NCBI GenBank assembly: GCA_963696185.1
Contig: OY968825.1
Location: forward strand, 1,244,412 to 1,308,411
Direction of reading: 5' to 3'
Source: an uncultured Solirubrobacterales bacterium
GTDB taxonomy: Bacteria > Actinomycetota > Thermoleophilia > Solirubrobacterales > 70-9
DNA: 64,000 nucleotides
Each line of letters opens with the position of its first letter. The stretch's first letter is position 1. The position numbers and the translations under genes are program-made. The notes under the pieces were generated by a model, which was given only the letters and a program-made list of their open reading frames with translations, had not been told where the DNA came from and searched no databases. Positions 60,123-64,000 of this stretch are shown here, piece after piece.

Positions 60123-60750
60123 ATGTCTGCGGGACTGCAAACCTGCACTCGCTGGCTCTCATCGCCCTCAGCGTGCGGCGCTCGCCGTCGCCGGCTGCGG
60201 CTCCTCGGCAGCGGCGGCGACTACGGCGGCAAGCACCCCGACTACGCGAAGGCGCTGGCCGGCTCTCCGGCGCCGCTGGCCGCGCTGCACGCCCAGGCGA
60301 ACCGGCTGCTCCCGGGCGGCATCGCCGCCTTCGAAAAGCGGATCGCGGCGCTGCGGGGCTACCCGGTGGTGGTCAACGTCTGGGCCTCCTGGTGCGGGCC
60401 CTGCCGCTTCGAGTTCCCCGTCCTCCAGCAGCCTCGCCGCCCGCTACGGCAGGCGGCGTCGCCTTCCTCGGCGTCGACTCCCAGGACTCGAGCGACGCCG
60501 CCCGCACCTTCCTAGCGAGGCGCCGGTCCCCTACCCCAGCTACACCGACCCCCACAAGCAGATCGCCGCAGCGCTCGGCGCCAGCCTCGGCCTGCCCGAC
60601 ACCGCCTTCTACGACCGCCGCGGCAAGCTCGTCTACCTCAAGCAGGGCCCCTACGCGAATCCCGCCGAGCTCGAGGCCGACGTCGAGCGCTACGCGCTCG
60701 AAGGGCGGATAATCGGGCTCATGGAGAGCCTTCGTCGCTCCTCGCCCTGA
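60123..60750 (+). pseudogene. TlpA/ResA-like thiol:disulfide oxidoreductase lipoprotein (redoxin), apparent frameshifts
   Basis: ATG at 60123. A lipobox LAVAGCGSS appears in a shifted frame. ORF 59973..60515 has [24 protein letters not shown] (CxxC). ORF 59284..60750 holds the tail VPYPSYTDPHKQIAAALGASLGLPDTAFYDRRGKLVYLKQGPY. The exact stop is uncertain (about 60718-60750). Confidence 0.7.
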
Positions 60751-61200
60751 TCGGCATCGCGCTGCTGCTCGCCGAGCTGCTGCTCTCGACCGGCGGCGTG
60801 CTCGCCGTGCTCGGGGTCGGCCGGCCTGATCGCCGGCGGCGTCCTGCCTCGGCGCCGAAGGCGGCGCCCCCGACTGGGTCGGCCTCGCGCTGATCACCTT
60901 CGGCGTGCTCTCGGCGTCAGCTTCTTCTTCGTCACCCGCAAGGTGCTCGCCGCCTACCGCGAGCGAGCCGGTGCGCACCGGCTACGAGGAGCTGACCGGC
61001 GCCGCTCGCCGAGGCGCGCTCCCCGCTCGACCCGGAGGGCCAGGTGTTGTCGAGGGGTCGCTGTGGCGGGCGCGCCTGGCCGGCGGCGAGGCCCCGGCCC
61101 CCGTGGGGGATAGAGTCAGGGTCGAGTCGGTCGACGGGCTGACCCTGGTGGTCCGGCCGGAGCCGCCGTCCGACGCGCAGGCAAGGAAGGAGCAGGCTAG
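60721..61200 (+). pseudogene. NfeD-like membrane protein (short form), apparent frameshifts
   Basis: ATG at 60721. The shifted frame reads LLALIGIALLLAELLLSTGGVLAVLGV. ORF 60905..61249 holds the C-terminal OB-fold part EGSLWRARLAGGEAPAPVGDRVRVESVDGLTLVVRP. The likely TAG at 61198-61200 abuts the next ATG. Confidence 0.6.
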
Positions 61201-62048
61201 ATGGCAGCGGCGATCGTGGTGCGGTGGTCCTGGCGATCTTCGTCGGTGATCGCTGCTCGGGTCCTCGGTGCGGATCCTGCGCGAGTACGAGCGCGGCGTC
61301 ATCTTCCGCCTCGGCCGGCTGATCGACCAGAAGGGGCCGGGCCTGATCCTGCTGATCCCGCTGCGTCGACCGCATGGTCCGGGTCGACCTGCGCACGGTC
61401 ACCCTCAACATCCCGCCGCAGGAGGTGATCACCCGCGACAACGTCCCCGCCGGCGTCAACGCGGTCGCCTACTTCCGCGTGGTCGACTCCACGCAAGGCG
61501 GTGGTCGAGGTCGAAAACTTCCTCCTCGCCACCTCGCAGATCTCGCAGACGGCGCTGCGCTCGGTGCTCGGCAAGGCCGAGTTCGACCAGCTCCTCTCCG
61601 AGCGCGAGCGGCTCAACGAGGAGCTGCAGAAGATCATCGACGAGTCGACCGAGCCCTGGGGCGTCAAGGTGACCGCGGTCGAGATCAAGGACGTCGAGAT
61701 CCCCGAGCAGATGCAGCGCGCGATCGCCCGCCAGGCCGAGGCCGAGCGCGAGCGGCGCGCCAAGATCATCAACTCCGAGGGCGAGTACCAGGCGGCGCAG
61801 AAGCTCACCGACGCCGCCGACATCATCAGCACCAACCCCGCCTCGCTCCAGCTCCGCTACCTGCAGACGCTGCTCGAAATCGGCAGCAACCAGAACACGA
61901 CCGTCGTCTTCCCGCTGCCGCTCGACATGCTCGAACCCTTCCTGGGCGGCAGCGGTGCGAATGCGAGACCCTCCAAGCGCCGCCCAAGCCGCCGCCCGTC
62001 CCGCCGGCCGAGCCCGACGCCGGCGACCTCCCCCCCTCCCGCTCCTGA
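61201..62048 (+). pseudogene. SPFH/Band-7 (stomatin/slipin-like) protein, apparent frameshifts
   Basis: ATG at 61201 with AAGGAAGGAG upstream. Pieces: ORF 61268..61672 ([30 protein letters not shown]), ORF 61374..62048 ([37 protein letters not shown]; tail ending at 62048) and ORF 61501..63138 ([24 protein letters not shown]...[31 protein letters not shown]). Confidence 0.8.
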
Positions 62049-63112
62049 GCGCGCCCGAGATACGCATCGACCAGCTGACCGGGCTGCGGACGATCCTCGC
62101 GCCCGGCCGGGCCGAGCGGCCGGAGGGGTTCACGGCCGGCGGCGAGCGAGCCGAAGGGGGCGGACGAGTGCCCCTTCTGCGAGGGGCGCGAGGACCGCAC
62201 CCCGCCCGAGGTCTACGCGGTGCGGCCGGGCGGCGGCGCGGCCGGACACGCCCGGCTGGACGAGCCGCGTCGTGCCGAACCTCTACCCGGCGCTGGCGCG
62301 CCGAGGGCCGGCCGAGCGCCAGCGGTCCGACTGGCCGCCGGCGCCGAGGCGGGCGCCTTCGCCAGCGCCGGCGACCCGCTGCTGGCCTCGCGCCGGGCCG
62401 GCGAAGCCCGACCTCTTCGCCTCGCGCCCGGCGCGTCGGCGCCCACGAGGTGATCGTCAACGCGCCCGAGCACGTCACCGCGATGGCCGAGCTGGGCGAG
62501 GAGCGCTTCGCCGGCGCGGTCGCCACCTGGCGCGAGCGGATGCGCGCCCACTCCGACGCCTCCTACGTCCAGCTGATCGTCAACGAGGGCGGCGGCGCCG
62601 GCGCCTCGCTCGAGCACACCCACGCCCAGCTCTACGCGCTGCCATTCGTGCCGGCGGCGGTGGCGCGCGAGCGCGAGCGGTTCGGCGCCTACCGCGAACG
62701 CACCGGCGGCGGCAGCCTGCTCGGCGACGTCCTGGTCGAGGAGGTGCGCCGCCGCGAGCGCCTCGTCGCGATCGACGAGGAGGCGGCGCTGATCTGCCCC
62801 TGGGCCTCGCGCTCCCCCTTCGAGCTGCGCGTCGTGCCGCGCCGCGAGGCGGCGCGCTTCGAGGAGGACGCAGCGGGCGCCGCGATGGTCCGCACCGCGC
62901 TGCGCGCTCTCGCCGCGCGCTTCGGCGGCCCGCCCGAGCTGAACCTCTGGATCCGCACCGCGCCCCGCGGCGCCGAGCACTTCCACTGGCACGTCGACAT
63001 CGCCCCCCGCCTCGCCGTCAAGGCCGGCTTCGAGCTGGGCACCGGCGTCGACATCAACGTCTACCCGCCCGAGCGGGCGGCGGCCGACCTGCGGGAAGCC
63101 CTCGGCGACTGA
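62045..63112 (+). pseudogene. galT: Galactose-1-phosphate uridylyltransferase family (HIT superfamily) protein, apparent frameshifts in the N-terminal third
   Basis: ORF 61955..63112 frame: [25 protein letters not shown] shifted frame gives [20 protein letters not shown] (Zn site). Then [10 protein letters not shown]..., [16 protein letters not shown] (HxHxQ), HFHWHVDI. The start is uncertain; the only start-like codon at the SPFH stop is a CTG (CTGA overlap). Confidence 0.75.
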
Positions 63113-63124
63113 CACGTTGTCCGA

Positions 63125-63154
63125 TTTGGCCCCTCTAGAGGGGGTCAAAGTCGG
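63125..63154. repeat. Intergenic palindromic repeat, copy B (TTTGGCCCCTCTAGAGGGGGTCAAAGTCGG)
   Basis: Lies after the galT stop (63112). It contains the perfect 14-bp palindrome CCCCTCTAGAGGGG. See copy A at 55088-55118. Confidence 0.5.
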
Positions 63155-63178
63155 GAACGCCCCCTGTAGGGTCCGAAC

Positions 63179-63836
63179 GTGCCGCCGAACCCGCGGCCGA
63201 TCCCGCGCTTCATCGCCGACTCGACCCAGGAGGGGATTCCACACGGGCGCTTCGCGGAGCGGCTGAGCGAGCGAGTTCCGAAGGGCGTGCGAGGCGATCG
63301 AGGACCTGCCGCACGGAGTCGAGCTCCCGAGGCCGAGGGATCGACTGGTTCCCCGAGCGCGCCTGGGGAGGCCGCGTCTGGGTGCCATGCACGGCGCGGG
63401 TCGAGATCGGCGGCGGGAACGGCTCAGGCGAAGGCGCAGGGGCATGCTGGAGCTCTTCGGCCACGTCTCCTACGTGCAGCCCGAGGGCGGCGAGCCAGCC
63501 GACTTCCGCGCCAAGGCCGACTTCACCGACGTGCTCGCCGAGGACAACCCCGGCTGGCAGATCGACCTCAACGACGACGTGATCGGCCGCTGGCGGGGCG
63601 AGGGCGGCCGCGCCGGCGACGTCACCCTCGTCTGGGGCCGCCCCCTGGTCCGCGGCGCCGTCGCCGCGACCGCCGAGCTCGACGCGGAGACCGTCGACCA
63701 GGAGGCGGTCTCCAACGAGCGCTTCACCCTGATCGCCCTCGACGCCCTCGAGGGCTACGGCGACGACGTCTTCATGCAGGTGAAGCTCTGGAGCCGCCGC
63801 GCCGAGGAGCTGGCCTCCGAGAGCCTCTACGCCTGA
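63179..63836 (+). pseudogene. Conserved hypothetical protein, apparent frameshifts
   Basis: The GTG at 63179 gives VPPNPRPIPRFIADSTQEGIPHGRFAERLS. Shifted frames give EFRRACEAIEDLPHGVELPRPR and IDWFPERAWGGRVWVPCTARVEIGG. ORF 63387..63836 holds the tail MLELFGHVSYVQPEGGEPADFRAKADFTDVLAEDNPGWQIDL... Confidence 0.5.
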
Positions 63837-63869
63837 GCTGCCCCGCGGCCTCTACGATTTGCTCGACCG

Positions 63870-63943
<74 letters not shown>

Positions 63944-64000
63944 TCTCTCAGCGGGTTCCGATTGCCTCGATCCAGTCCCAGGGCTTGCCGCAGAGGCGGC

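Noticed and set aside
62045-62048. A CTG start codon for galT overlapping the SPFH stop (CTGA), as an unusual initiation or coupling signal.
   Set aside because: The region is full of apparent indels. A single base error could have destroyed an ATG or GTG, or the real start may be elsewhere. There is not enough evidence to claim non-canonical initiation.

Overview
High-GC (about 70% by eye) chromosomal segment that looks Actinomycetota-like. This rests on gene content and synteny: PAC2, a Ppm1-type GT2, OtsB, hemA-hemC-cobA/hemD, SpoIID, DUF3107-like. A Thermoleophilia/Rubrobacteria-like source is only a low-confidence guess. I can support about 60 protein genes, one tRNA-Arg(CCT) at the right edge, and several intergenic palindromes and repeats. 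I saw no rRNA, no CRISPR array and no intact transposase. Most genes are housekeeping: ileS, birA, ychF, rarA, trxA, fumC, mce, heme biosynthesis, ccmABCD, PolX, helicases, ABC transporter plus TetR. About 25 genes, including essential ones, are interrupted by +/-1 frameshifts that occur in patches. I read these as sequence-quality artefacts, but I list them as pseudogene-type features with stitched coordinates; the boundaries are approximate. The clearest accessory region is a lower-GC islet at about 21.1-25.0 kb. It holds an AIPR-family abortive-infection gene bracketed by 46-bp direct repeats, an AbrB-type antitoxin with a Doc toxin whose 3' end is replaced by a tyrosine-recombinase fragment, and a Phd/YefM-VapC pair. 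Other points worth a second look:
- an ECF sigma factor fused to its own anti-sigma module and coupled to a secreted Ig-like protein
- a 987-aa secreted protein built from four Cys-pair modules with no domain I recognise
- a split (half-size pair) TauE/SafE exporter
- an orphan two-gene cassette at 15.1-15.9 kb
- ccmABCD coupled to heme-synthesis genes
- several structured intergenic inverted-repeat elements at 29.3, 38.9, 46.4, 55.1/63.1 and 36.1/56.7 kb
Every functional call is motif recognition by eye on the supplied translations or my own translations. No database search was run.
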